From Cyanophora paradoxa CCMP329 (Eukaryota; Plantae; Glaucophyta), in NCBI GenBank assembly GCA_004431415.1, contig QPMI01000479.1, positions 116,175-180,174 of the forward strand: DNA of 64,000 nt. Direction: 5' to 3'. The number at the start of each line of letters is the position of its first letter. The first letter of the stretch is position 1. Under the pieces are notes generated by a model, which ran no database searches, was not told the DNA's origin, and saw only the letters and a program-made list of their open reading frames with translations. Shown piece after piece: positions 1 through 11,100 of this stretch. The position numbers and the translations under genes were made by a program.

Positions 1-409
1 ATGGGATTGGGTTGATCATTTACGAAAAGAGGCGCACCAACAGCTCCACCAATCCGAAGACCATCACCAATATATGCTCCCCCGTTTTGCAGTTAATAGC
101 TCCCGACCGAGATTCAAAAGAATAAGTAGAAAGAGGATCACCATAACTGTCTGGGTCTCCATAGTGGGCAGAAAAGTTTGCATTTGTGACAAGGAGTTTC
201 GTTGTCTTAACTATACCATTATTTTTATCACACCTGAGTTCTTGCAATCTCAGTTTGTGGGTGGAACCAAATGTATTCATTGTGGGTTGCACTTCTGTGG
301 ATTGGAGACCTTCTACATCATCAAAGGTAGCATGCTGCAAAACGTGATTTGCAGGTGCTGCTAATGAGAGTTGGGGTGTAATAATTCGTTCTGGTATTGG
401 GGCAGCCAT
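1..409 (-). CDS. 276-aa putative structural protein, copy 1 (runs off window; C5/C6 homopolymer frameshift near 80)
   Basis: Matches the intact copy at 6359-7189 apart from a 1-nt indel. Confidence 0.7.
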
Positions 410-410
410 T

Positions 411-1286
411 TTACATTAAAGTGATATATAATTTATGGGTTGGGTCATCAATCACATCTGGTTCCTGGTAAAACCCTGTTGTGAAGATATCTGCAACGTT
501 TACCCCTCGAAGTGCCGAAACAGCTGCTATATCTGTCCTCAGTCCCATAATCATAGTATTGTAAACTCCAACCTCAGTTACAAACAAATCATAGGTAAAT
601 GTCAAATTGTTATAAACACAATATCCTCGACCGAAATGGTTTGATGCTTGAACAAAGAATAGGTAATTATGACCTGTTTGATTGTTGTTTGCTCTGCACA
701 TAGATAGCATTGCTGTGGGAAGCGGAATATTTCTTCTTACTCGATCAGTTCCTGTTATAATAACCAATTCCGAATTTTCAAGAGTGACAGAGGAAGCAAC
801 ATAGAAATGTAGAAAAGGTTGCTGTGCAACTGGTGTATAGAAACGTATTCGTTGGGGATTCTCTACATTTTGTTCAAGAGTATCTGGGACATCATTATAC
901 GAAATGGAGGATGAGAGTTGACCTGACACTCTGCAACCTCCCCCAATAAATGCTCCTCCTGATCTCACAGTAACAGCAGCAGTATTCTTATCGAAATCAA
1001 GGGCTTTTAAATCTACACTGTATGCATCAGGACCTCCATTTGTCGGTTGAAAGAAGTTAGCATTTGTTACAAGTAGTCGTGTGGTTTTAACTACACCCGA
1101 ATTCTTATCGGCTCGGAGTTCTTTTACACGAATCATCGAGTTTTTATCAAAGGAGTTACCATTAGAATTGGGTCTCTCTGTGGATTCTAAACCGCGAACT
1201 TCATCATTAACTTCATGTTGTCGAAAGTGCATAGCTGGCGATCCAAGCGAATAAATGGGCAGTTGAACTCGATTGTATTCACCCAT
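411..1286 (-). CDS. ~284-aa putative structural protein, paralog of the 276-aa ORF (outer allele)
   Basis: Shares ELRxDKNxGxVKTTxLLVTNANF and GGA[FY]IGxGxR[VI]xG with the neighbouring ORF. The C-terminal extension is due to a G3/G4 indel. Confidence 0.75.
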   Translation of the reverse strand: MGEYNRVQLPIYSLGSPAMHFRQHEVNDEVRGLESTERPNSNGNSFDKNSMIRVKELRADKNSGVVKTTRLLVTNANFFQPTNGGPDAYSVDLKALDFDKNTAAVTVRSGGAFIGGGCRVSGQLSSSISYNDVPDTLEQNVENPQRIRFYTPVAQQPFLHFYVASSVTLENSELVIITGTDRVRRNIPLPTAMLSMCRANNNQTGHNYLFFVQASNHFGRGYCVYNNLTFTYDLFVTEVGVYNTMIMGLRTDIAAVSALRGVNVADIFTTGFYQEPDVIDDPTHKLYITLM

Positions 1287-1335
1287 TGCTTCTTTTACTA
1301 AGAAGGATAGAAAAATAAAGGAGAATCTAAGTTAA

Positions 1336-4187
1336 TTATGGTATTCCATATGCTGTCCAATGGATTGTGCAAGTGATACTACGACTTTCAGATAGAGTAG
1401 GGGATGCTATGAATGTCACATAAATTGTTGTATATGTAGATGTGGAGTTTGAGATTCCAATTCTAAAATCTACATCCCCGGGGTTTGTTGCAGGAGTTCC
1501 TTGAAGAGTGGCATTTACAACAGGTGTTTGTGTGTAAAAAGCAGGATTCCAATTTAAAACATATGCATGCTGTGTTCTCTGACCCGCGCTTATCACACCA
1601 CTTGTAGCTTCGTATTTTCCTGATTTGAAACGTCTTTCTATATCAGACCAAGTTGGAAGTTGGCTAATTGTATTGGTGGTTCCCGAATTCATTGCATAAA
1701 ATGCTCTTGCATAAGCATTTCCGCGACAGAGTAGGGTTTTATCATAGAAGTTTGCTGAATTGTGGAAGAACCAAGTTTCCTCATTTGTAGGCGATGCAGG
1801 GGCTACTATTTGACCTGATCCTACATACATAGTATTATTTGCAGTGATTGTATTGGCTGTGAATGGGTCTAAACTTGGGAGATCTGTGATTTCTGATTTA
1901 GTATGAGTATGGGCGAAATCTGTAATATTTGCCTTTGTGTGAGTATGGGCAAAGTCGGTGATATCTGATTTAGTGTGAGAGTGAGGTCCGACAGTTGTAG
2001 AAGCTGTTGGTTTCCCATAAATGTTATCCCAATGCAAGAAGCCGCTATGTGAGGATACAGTGGGGTTCTTGCTCCAACCTACAAGACCCACAAGGTAAAT
2101 CCTTCCTATTCGCCCTTGAACACCCACTTTACTCAGCCCTTCACAATTCACTCCGACATATTGCCTATACTCTACACTTGGGTCACTACCAGGAGAATAA
2201 GCATTTACTCTCGAAAGTGTATAAGAATTCGTTGATGGATAAACTCCCACAACATCGAAGTATCTGCTATTATATTGACACACATAGAAGATATAGCATG
2301 TTTTCATTCCCGCAGGGACAGTCCATAACATCTTGTAGCCACTACAATCTTCATCACCAGAAGCCCATGTGTTTGCTCCTGAGTAAGGAGATATAAATGT
2401 GAAAAATCTCCAATCGCCTGTGCGATCTGTTGAAAGACCATTTGTGGCATCAAAGTTGATGGGGGATGTGTATGTTGGTTTATTTATCAGATCATCGTAA
2501 TTTCCTGTCGTTGCAACAGTTGCAAGATTAGGTCTATCTGTGATATTTGACCAAGCATGAGTATGGGTTGCAGGAGGGAATGTTAAAGGTTTATCTGTGA
2601 TATTGTTCCATGCATGACTGTGAGTTTGAAGTGCAACACCCAATTCGGTTTCATCTATATAATTTTTGCTTTGCAGGTAATCGTCTGTGACCACACCTGA
2701 AAGGGTCTCGTTGTGCAGGTTTTTAGCCGCCATTCTCTGATTGGCTTCAATAGCCCCACCTGATAGCGTTTTAATCCAAGCGATCTCAGCTTTACTGTAA
2801 TTATCAGTTGGTTGCCCAACAAGTGGAATATAATTGAGTTTATCCCGAGTGAAAACTATCTTAGGTCTTGATCCATCCAAGCTGCTTACATCTGTCACAT
2901 TCACATGGACAGCTGCTGAGAAGTCTTGATAACCCGCAGGATTGGAGGGAACACCGAACCCATCCTTTGGAATATCGTTTTTGTAATAGCTTGTCACATA
3001 GATATTCGGGAAAGTGTCACCCGGGTTAACATACGCCATATCTTGCACTCGGAATTGAGGCAAGCTTCGGACAAATAGAGGTCCTGTCATTGCACTGCCC
3101 GCATCAGCCCCTTTGAGGTGAACATAATGCTCATTCAAAATAGTTCTTTCCGCAATATTGCAGGATTTATAAAGGGAAACCCCATATTCACAGGTTCGAC
3201 CTTTGAGAATTCAGGTTGGTTATTGATCTCATCCCATGTATGCTCATGGGTTGCAGGTGGGAATATTGAAGGTCTATCTGTGATATTCGACCAAGCATGA
3301 GTGTGGTTTTGTATCCATCCCTGCACCACATTGGATGTTGTGTAGTTTGGAATTATAGCGTTTGAACCTACTATTAAATTTTTAATGTGGACATAGTCAG
3401 AAGAAATTCGCAGATTTTCGGGATAATAAAGCGATTGCGTTTTTGGGAAGCCGTAATAATCCTGAATATAGTATCTCACCCTTTGCTTCTCTTCAAACGT
3501 TAATGCTCTATTGAAAATGATGTATTCGGCTATATCACCTATGAAATAGTTAACACCCATCCTACTGAAAGTTGAAGGTGGAAGGTAATTTGTTCCTGTA
3601 AAGGTTCCTACATCTTGTCCTCTGATTCCAAAGGTTATGCTGTTTGAAGTTATGGTGGTGTCCCAATAATTAGCTGAATAATTATTGGGGATGAACTGTG
3701 ACTGAGGATTTGTATTAACAGGAAGCCCATCCATTCTCATTGTTAAAAGGCATTTCGGTGTGGTTTTGGCAGGGTCAGTGTTGGAAGTAATGGGGTAATA
3801 GGGTGGATCATAGTAGACATCGATTTCTGTATTTCCGTCTCCTATTTTCAGCTTTCCCTTCACATTCAGGTTACATGTAACTGTAAGATTGCTACCAATC
3901 CAAGCGGATCCTGTGTTGCTACTGTTTATTGATTTCACTGTTCCATGCACATCCAAATTACTTGTGGTAAGATTGCTTGTTATAATAAGATTTCCATCTA
4001 TTGTTCCCCCTGATTTTGGCAAGTAGTTGTTGAGCCACCCTAATGTAACATTACTACTTGTGAGAGGAGCCAAGAGTTCGTTTAATGTAGCTGCACTCAC
4101 CTTCGAGACAAGCCATCCCTGAACAGTATTTGAAGAGGTTAGAGGAGCTATTTGAGCATTCACAGTTGCTGTATCAGCCTTAGTAGC
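1336..4187 (-). pseudogene. 3' half of the giant fibre gene of the outer element, cut by the insertion, with a net 363-bp deletion
   Basis: Matches 15255-18470 and ends at the TIR junction. Deletion at ~3680, frameshift at ~3180. Confidence 0.85.
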
Positions 4188-4282
4188 ACACATATTGAAA
4201 AACGAATTTAAATCCCTCGTTCATCTCGATCGCTTCGCGATCTCGATTCACTCTGGATTTAAATTCGTTTTTCAATATGTGT
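4188..4282. repeat. 95-bp terminal hairpin
   Basis: Perfect 28-bp stem ACACATATTGAAAAACGAATTTAAATCC / GGATTTAAATTCGTTTTTCAATATGTGT with an inner GATCGC-TTC-GCGATC stem-loop. Confidence 0.95.
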
Positions 4283-4603
4283 TAATTTAACTACTAAAAT
4301 ACATATTTATCGATTAATTTCTTTAACTTTTTATGCAAACTTTGTATAAATTAATGCAAACTTTGTATTAAAAATGATAAACGCGTTTAATTTAATGCAT
4401 ATTCACGATTGATTCGATCGATATTATATCGATATATTATGTTCTTTGTCGATTACATATATAACTTCGATTGATTAACATTAAACTACTTAAAGAACGA
4501 TATAATCGCGATTAATTCGCATAAATTCGCATAAATTCGCATAAACTCGATATATCTCTCTGGTATTGAAGTAGACCACCGCCCATTCTGTATCGAAAAA
4601 CGC

Positions 4604-4862
4604 AAAAAGTGTCACAGAGTTGCATCATGTCCAATTAAACAATCGATGGAATTGCGGATTTACATTTTTGCACCGAAAAAGTGTCACAGAGTTGCATTAT
4701 GTCCAATTAAACAATCGATCAGATTGCGGGATTTTCTATTGGAATATATCGGAACTGCATCACGTCCAATTAAACAATCGATGGAATTGCGGATTTACAT
4801 TTTTGCACCGAAAAAGTGTCACAGAGTTGCATGGTCTCCAATTGAACAATCGATTAGATTGC
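4604..4862 (+). repeat. Subterminal tandem repeats (about four 63-72-bp units) inside the TIR
   Basis: AAAAAGTGTCACAGAGTTGCAT at 4604, 4676 and 4811; the GTCCAATTAAACAATCGAT core recurs. Present in every TIR. Confidence 0.9.
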
Positions 4863-5470
4863 ATATGTTCTATAAAACAGAATAATTGAGATCAAGTGTG
4901 ACAGGTAGTATTCAAATGATATTCAGTAAGAGATAGTTTTGTTTTTGAGAAAGTCAGTAAGAGGGGTGGAATGTCTGTGACGCCTGTGACGGCTGTGACG
5001 CCTGTTTTCAGAAGTCTGTCATTTTTGAAAATTTTAAAAAGTTTGAAAGTAGGTGTCACAGGCGTCACAGGCGTCACACTCAATTAAATTAGGTGTCACA
5101 GCGAAATTGCAGACCATTTCCAGTAAGACAACTTCGCATTTTCGGAAAGGTGGATTAATGGATAGTGTTTTGTAGGTGTCAGAGGTGTCACAAGACGGAT
5201 TTCAGTAAGACAAGAATATATTTTTGAATATCTCAGTAAGAGAAAGAGATTCCATTTTTAATTGGGTGTGACGCCTGTGACGGCTGTGACGGCTGTTTTA
5301 AGAAGTCTGTCATTTTTGAAAATTTTAAAAAGTTTGAAAGTAGGCGTCACAGGCGTCACAGGCGTCACAGTCAATTAAAGAGGCGTCACAGTCAATTAAA
5401 TAGGTGTCACACCCGATTATCTGACCATTTTCAGTAAGACCATCTGAAATTCTGAATTTCTCAGTGTCAA

Positions 5471-5872
5471 CTAACTCGGAAATCGCAATACTCTATGTTT
5501 CTCCGATTTCTCCAACCCTGAAAACACACCTGTTATTCTCTCATCTATCTCATGAGATACTCTCGTGGTTTTTCTCTCTGCTTCTAATCCACAACTGAAT
5601 ATATCAATCGCCAACATACCTTCATTTGAGTAACAATGAGCAGTGCAATGGCTCTCATCCAGCAGAAGAACCATTGCAAAACCAGGAGGAGAAATACCAC
5701 CATCGAAAATCTCGCAATGCTTGTGAACTACTCGAATACCTTGCTCTTGAATAATAGTTTGCAAGAACTGCATTAACCACCTGGTTGTTGTCTCCAAGTC
5801 CTCCATTCCTACTGCTAATTGGGTTCTGAATTTGTAATCCAGCATCACATGGAAGCCTCGATGAGTATTCAT
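5471..5872 (-). CDS. speD: Prokaryotic-type S-adenosylmethionine decarboxylase proenzyme (SpeD/SpeH family)
   Basis: N-terminal GxHxxxD, LLLDESHCTAH self-cleavage (E|S) motif, AIDIFSCG motif, 133 aa. Confidence 0.85.
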   Translation of the reverse strand: MNTHRGFHVMLDYKFRTQLAVGMEDLETTTRWLMQFLQTIIQEQGIRVVHKHCEIFDGGISPPGFAMVLLLDESHCTAHCYSNEGMLAIDIFSCGLEAERKTTRVSHEIDERITGVFSGLEKSEKHRVLRFPS

Positions 5873-5912
5873 TTATGAATAATTTAGAAAAATTAAAAAC
5901 GCGAATGGTAGA

Positions 5913-6062
5913 ATGCGAACCATCTTAGCAAGAGTGCTACCTTATGAGTTGGTGGATATCATTCTGCTGCACTACCACAAGACCTGTCCCAGCTGCTTTG
6001 ACACATGCATAATCACAAAGGGAAAATGGGGAAAGATTCTCATTTCTCTCTCAAAGATCTAA
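5913..6062 (+). CDS. 49-aa micro-ORF with F-box-like start and CxxCxxxC (not in ORF track)
   Basis: Manual translation MRTILARVLPYELVDIILLHYHKTCPSCFDTCIITKGKWGKILISLSKI. Fills the gap and its stop overlaps the convergent gene's stop. Confidence 0.5.
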   Translation: MRTILARVLPYELVDIILLHYHKTCPSCFDTCIITKGKWGKILISLSKI

Positions 6063-6331
6063 TCGAAATATAATACTACTGGTTTATCATCTATCACGAT
6101 TCCTGATGTCGTCTTTTTTCTATATGCATGAGAGGATTTCTTGTTGCATTCTCTGCATCCACTTCCCCTTACATGATTAAATGGGTAGGTTTGCAGGATC
6201 TTGTTGCATTTAAGGCATCTAACAGAGACCTTCTCTTGTGCTTTCTTATAGACTGTCTCACTATAATCGAATTTAGCATCACCATGAACCATCATTGCAG
6301 ATTCTATGAATTTCTTTGTTTTATCATCCAT
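6059..6331 (-). CDS. Small zinc-ribbon protein (DUF723-like, endonuclease-associated repeat domain)
   Basis: FIESAMMVHGDAKFDYSETVY...CLKC...NHVRGSGCREC pattern. Confidence 0.7.
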   Translation of the reverse strand: MDDKTKKFIESAMMVHGDAKFDYSETVYKKAQEKVSVRCLKCNKILQTYPFNHVRGSGCRECNKKSSHAYRKKTTSGIVIDDKPVVLYFD

Positions 6332-6358
6332 CCCTCTCTCTATATATACCTGAGATTT

Positions 6359-7189
6359 CTATGGAGCAGTATCCTGTCCGAAAATGGGGAAGTAGCGATT
6401 TGTGCCGTAATATTCTGCATATGTATTCTGTTTTGCAATAGCATCGGTTCTCTCAGCATAGAGAATGCATTTGTAGATACCAAACCTGGTGGCTCTCACC
6501 AAGAACTGGTAATCTTCAAGACCGAAATTCACTCCATGATAAGCAATTCCGAAATTGTCATATGGCGTGATCACAACTGCAATATTTGGGGTTCCACCCT
6601 CTACTTGACAGACAGCATAAACATCTGGTGGGATATCGACAACCACCTTGTAGTGGTCACCAATCTCAACAAGAGAATCAACTACTGATGTCTGCTCATT
6701 CACAACAATTGGGAAGATCTTGATAATATATGGTGCATTCATACTGGGGACATAGGTGCGAATTCTGGTGTTGGGATCAATGGGATTGGGTTGATCATTT
6801 ACGAAAAGAGGCGCACCAACAGCTCCACCAATCCGAAGACCATCACCAATATATGCTCCCCCCGTTTTGCAGTTAATAGCTCCCGACCGAGATTCAAAAG
6901 AATAAGTAGAAAGAGGATCACCATAACTGTCTGGGTCTCCATAGTGGGCAGAAAAGTTTGCATTTGTGACAAGGAGTTTCGTTGTCTTAACTATACCATT
7001 ATTTTTATCACACCTGAGTTCTTGCAATCTCAGTTTGTGGGTGGAACCAAATGTATTCATTGTGGGTTGCACTTCTGTGGATTGGAGACCTTCTACATCA
7101 TCAAAGGTAGCATGCTGCAAAACGTGATTTGCAGGTGCTGCTAATGAGAGTTGGGGTGTAATAATTCGTTCTGGTATTGGGGCAGCCAT
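6359..7189 (-). CDS. 276-aa putative structural protein (intact copy)
   Basis: Full ORF, paralog of the adjacent gene, co-oriented with the fibre gene. Confidence 0.75.
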   Translation of the reverse strand: MAAPIPERIITPQLSLAAPANHVLQHATFDDVEGLQSTEVQPTMNTFGSTHKLRLQELRCDKNNGIVKTTKLLVTNANFSAHYGDPDSYGDPLSTYSFESRSGAINCKTGGAYIGDGLRIGGAVGAPLFVNDQPNPIDPNTRIRTYVPSMNAPYIIKIFPIVVNEQTSVVDSLVEIGDHYKVVVDIPPDVYAVCQVEGGTPNIAVVITPYDNFGIAYHGVNFGLEDYQFLVRATRFGIYKCILYAERTDAIAKQNTYAEYYGTNRYFPIFGQDTAP

Positions 7190-7212
7190 TTTACATTAAA
7201 GTGATATATAAT

Positions 7213-8067
7213 TTATGGGGTTGGGTCATCAATCACATCTGGTTCCTGGTAAAACCCTGTTGTGAAGATATCTGCAACGTTTACCCCTCGAAGTGCCGAA
7301 ACAGCTGCTATATCTGTCCTCAGTCCCATAATCATAGTATTGTAAACTCCAACCTCAGTTACAAACAAATCATAGGTAAATGTCAAATTGTTATAAACAC
7401 AATATCCTCGACCGAAATGGTTTGATGCTTGAACAAAGAATAGGTAATTATGACCTGTTTGATTGTTGTTTGCTCTGCACATAGATAGCATTGCTGTGGG
7501 AAGCGGAATATTTCTTCTTACTCGATCAGTTCCTGTTATAATAACCAATTCCGAATTTTCAAGAGTGACAGAGGAAGCAACATAGAAATGTAGAAAAGGT
7601 TGCTGTGCAACTGGTGTATAGAAACGTATTCGTTGGGGATTCTCTACATTTTGTTCAAGAGTATCTGGGACATCATTATACGAAATGGAGGATGAGAGTT
7701 GACCTGACACTCTGCAACCTCCCCCAATAAATGCTCCTCCTGATCTCACAGTAACAGCAGCAGTATTCTTGTCGAAATCTAGGGCTTTCAGGGCAACACT
7801 GTAAGCATCAGGACCTCCATTTGTAGGCTGGAAGAAGTTAGCATTGGTGACAAGAAGTCGAGTTGTTTTAACCACACCAGAATTCTTATCAGCTCTCAGC
7901 TCTTTTACTCGAATAATCGAATTTTTATCAAAGGAGTTACCATTGGAATTGGGTCTCTCTGTGGATTCTAAACCACGAACCTCATCATTTACTTCATGCT
8001 GGCGAAAATGCATTGCAGGGGATCCAAGGGAATATATAGGCAGTTGAACTCGATTATATTCACCCAT
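7213..8067 (-). CDS. 284-aa putative structural protein (inner-type allele, intact)
   Basis: Start MGEYNR is shared with the other copies. Confidence 0.75.
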   Translation of the reverse strand: MGEYNRVQLPIYSLGSPAMHFRQHEVNDEVRGLESTERPNSNGNSFDKNSIIRVKELRADKNSGVVKTTRLLVTNANFFQPTNGGPDAYSVALKALDFDKNTAAVTVRSGGAFIGGGCRVSGQLSSSISYNDVPDTLEQNVENPQRIRFYTPVAQQPFLHFYVASSVTLENSELVIITGTDRVRRNIPLPTAMLSMCRANNNQTGHNYLFFVQASNHFGRGYCVYNNLTFTYDLFVTEVGVYNTMIMGLRTDIAAVSALRGVNVADIFTTGFYQEPDVIDDPTP

Positions 8068-8116
8068 TGCTTCTTTTACTAAGAAGGAAAGAAAAATAAT
8101 GCGAAATATGCATTTA

Positions 8117-11100
8117 TTATGGGATTCCATATGCTGTCCAATGGATTGTGCAAGTAATACTTCGACTTTCAGATAGAGTAGGGGATGCTATGAATGTCAC
8201 ATAAATTGTTGTATAGGTAGATGTGGAGTTTGAGATTCCAATTCTAAAATCTACATCCCCGGGGTTTGTTGCAGGAGTTCCTTCAAGTGTGGCAGTTACA
8301 ACAGGTGTCTTAGTGTAAAAAGCAGGATCCCAATTCAAAACCTGTGCATGCTGTGTTCTCTGACCTGCACTTATAGCACCACTGTAAGCTTGAAATTTTC
8401 CTGACTTAAATCGTCTTTCTATATCATACCAAGTTGGAAGTTGGCTAATTGTATTGGTGGTTCCCGAATTCATTGCATAAAATGCCCTTGCATAAGCATT
8501 TCCTTTGCAGAGCAAGGTTTTATCATAGAAGTTTGCTGAATTGTGGAAGAACCAAGTTTCCTCATTTGTAGGCGATGCAGGGGCTACTATTTGACCTGAT
8601 CCTACATACATAGTATTATTTGCAGTGATTGTATTGGCTGTGAATGGGTCTAAACTTGGGAGATCTGTGATTTCTGATTTAGTATGAGTATGGGCGAAAT
8701 CTGTAATATTTGCCTTTGTGTGAGTATGGGCAAAGTCGGTGATATCTGATTTAGTGTGAGAGTGAGGTCCGACAGTTGTAGAAGCTGTTGGTTTCCCATA
8801 AATGTTATCCCAATGCAAGAAGCCGCTATGTGAGGATACAGTGGGGTTCTTGCTCCAACCTACAAGACCCACAAGATAAATCCTTCCTATTCGCCCTTGA
8901 ACACCCACTTTACTCAGCCCTTCACAATTCACTCCGACATATTGCCTATACTCTACACTTGGGTCACTACCAGGAGAATAAGCATTTACTCTCGAAAGTG
9001 TATAAGAATTCGTTGATGGATAAACTCCCACAACATCGAAGTATCTGCTATTATATTGACACACATAGAAGATATAGCATGTTTTCATTCCGCAGGGACA
9101 GTCCATAACATCTTGTAGCCACTACAATCTTCATCACCAGAAGCCCATGTGTTTGCTCCTGAGTAAGGAGATATAAATGTGAAAAATCTCCAATCGCCTG
9201 TGCGATCTGTTGAAAGACCATTTGTGGCATCAAAGTTGATAGGGGATGTGTATGTTGGTTTATTTATCAGATCATCGTAATTTCCTGTCGTTGCAACAGT
9301 TGCAAGATTAGGTCTATCTGTGATATTTGACCAAGCATGAGTATGGGTTGCAGGAGGGAATGTTAAAGGTTTATCTGTGATATTGTTCCATGCATGACTG
9401 TGAGTTTGAAGTGCAACACCCAATTCGGTTTCATCTATATAATTTTTGCTTTGCAGGTAATCGTCTGTGACCACACCTGAAAGGGTCTCGTTGTGCAGGT
9501 TTTTAGCCGCCATTCTCTGATTGGCTTCAATAGCCCCACCTGATAGCGTTTTAATCCAAGCGATCTCAGCTTTACTGTAATTATCAGTTGGTTGCCCAAC
9601 AAGTGGAATATAATTGAGTTTATCCCGAGTGAAAACTATCTTAGGTCTTGATCCATCCAAGCTGCTTACATCTGTCACATTCACATGGACAGCTGCTGAG
9701 AAGTCTTGATAACCCGCAGGATTGGAGGGAACACCGAACCCATCCTTTGGAATATCGTTTTTGTAATAGCTTGTCACATAGATATTCGGGAAAGTGTCAC
9801 CCGGGTTAACATACGCCATATCTTGCACTCGGAATTGAGGCAAGCTTCGGACAAATAGAGGTCCTGTCATTGCACTGCCCGCATCAGCCCCTTTGAGGTG
9901 AACATAATGCTCATTCAAAATAGTTCTTTCCGCAATATTGCAGGATTTATAAAGGGAAACCCCATATTCACAGGTTCGACCTTTGAGAATTCAGGTTGGT
10001 TATTGATCTCATCCCATGTATGCTCATGGGTTGCAGGTGGGAATATTGAAGGTCTATCTGTGATATTCGACCAAGCATGAGTGTGGTTTTGTATCCATCC
10101 CTGCACCACATTGGATGTTGTGTAGTTTGGAATTATAGCGTTTGAACCTACTATTAAATTTTTAATGTGGACATAGTCAGAAGAAATTCGCAGATTTTCG
10201 GGATAATAAAGCGATTGCGTTTTTGGGAAGCCGTAATAATCCTGAATATAGTATCTCACCCTTTGCTTCTCTTCAAACGTTAATGCTCTATTGAAAATGA
10301 TGTATTCGGCTATATCACCTATGAAATAGTTAACACCCATCCTACTGAAAGTTGAAGGTGGAAGGTAATTTGTTCCTGTAAAGGTTCCTACATCTTGTCC
10401 TCTGATTCCAAAGGTTATGCTGTTTGAAGTTATGGTGGTGTCCCAATAATTAGCTGAATGGGAAGCATAATTGGTGTTCACTCGTGGGGCTGTGTAACCC
10501 ACTCCATTACTTGTGAATGAATACAAACCAAATGATAATGACGATCCATACCCAAACTCTATTTTATGGGTTCCATCAGGAGAACCAAAATCTAAATGAA
10601 CTGTTTGCCAATTTGGTGCAGAGTAGTGACTACCTACATAGAACAGTGTCATGCCCTCTGACCAATCAACGGATACATTATAGTTAATGAATGCCGAGGC
10701 AGTATATCCACCTGACTTTCTTACTACTTTTTGGTTGTTGAATAAAGGATTTGCTACGACAGCACCACTGCTCCCGAAAAATGGGAATGTTATCCCTGAA
10801 ATAAACGGAACAGCTGATGTTGCCCTATTGGGGATGAACTGTGACTGAGGATTTGTATTAACAGGAAGCCCATCCATTCTCATTGTTAAAAGGCATTTCG
10901 GTGTGGTTTTGGCAGGGTCAGTGTTGGAAGTAATGGGTAATAGGGTGGATCATAGTAGACATCGATTTCTGTATTTCCGTCTCCTATTTTCAGCTTTCCC
11001 TTCACATTCAGGTTACATGTAACTGTAAGATTGCTACCAATCCAAGCGGATCCTGTGTTGCTACTGTTTATTGATTTCACTGTTCCATGCACATCCAAAT

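Larger units (their letters stand above)
4188..5566 (+). repeat. Left TIR (duplicate of the inner left TIR), 1,379 bp
   Basis: Matches 11329-12707 and the reverse complement of 35879-37257. Confidence 0.95.

Noticed and set aside
1336-1735. Diversity-generating retroelement acting on the fibre tip
   Set aside because: No reverse transcriptase or template repeat is present, and the changes are not adenine-specific.
4604-4862. TIR subrepeats or the 23716-24092 arrays as a CRISPR-like array
   Set aside because: There are no unique spacers and no cas genes; these are plain tandem or inverted repeats.
4620-5083. ORFs in the TIRs (MHHVQLNN..., MELRIYIF..., MSVTPVTPVTP...)
   Set aside because: They are translations of DNA repeats, mostly with non-ATG starts, and are partly disrupted in the outer TIR.
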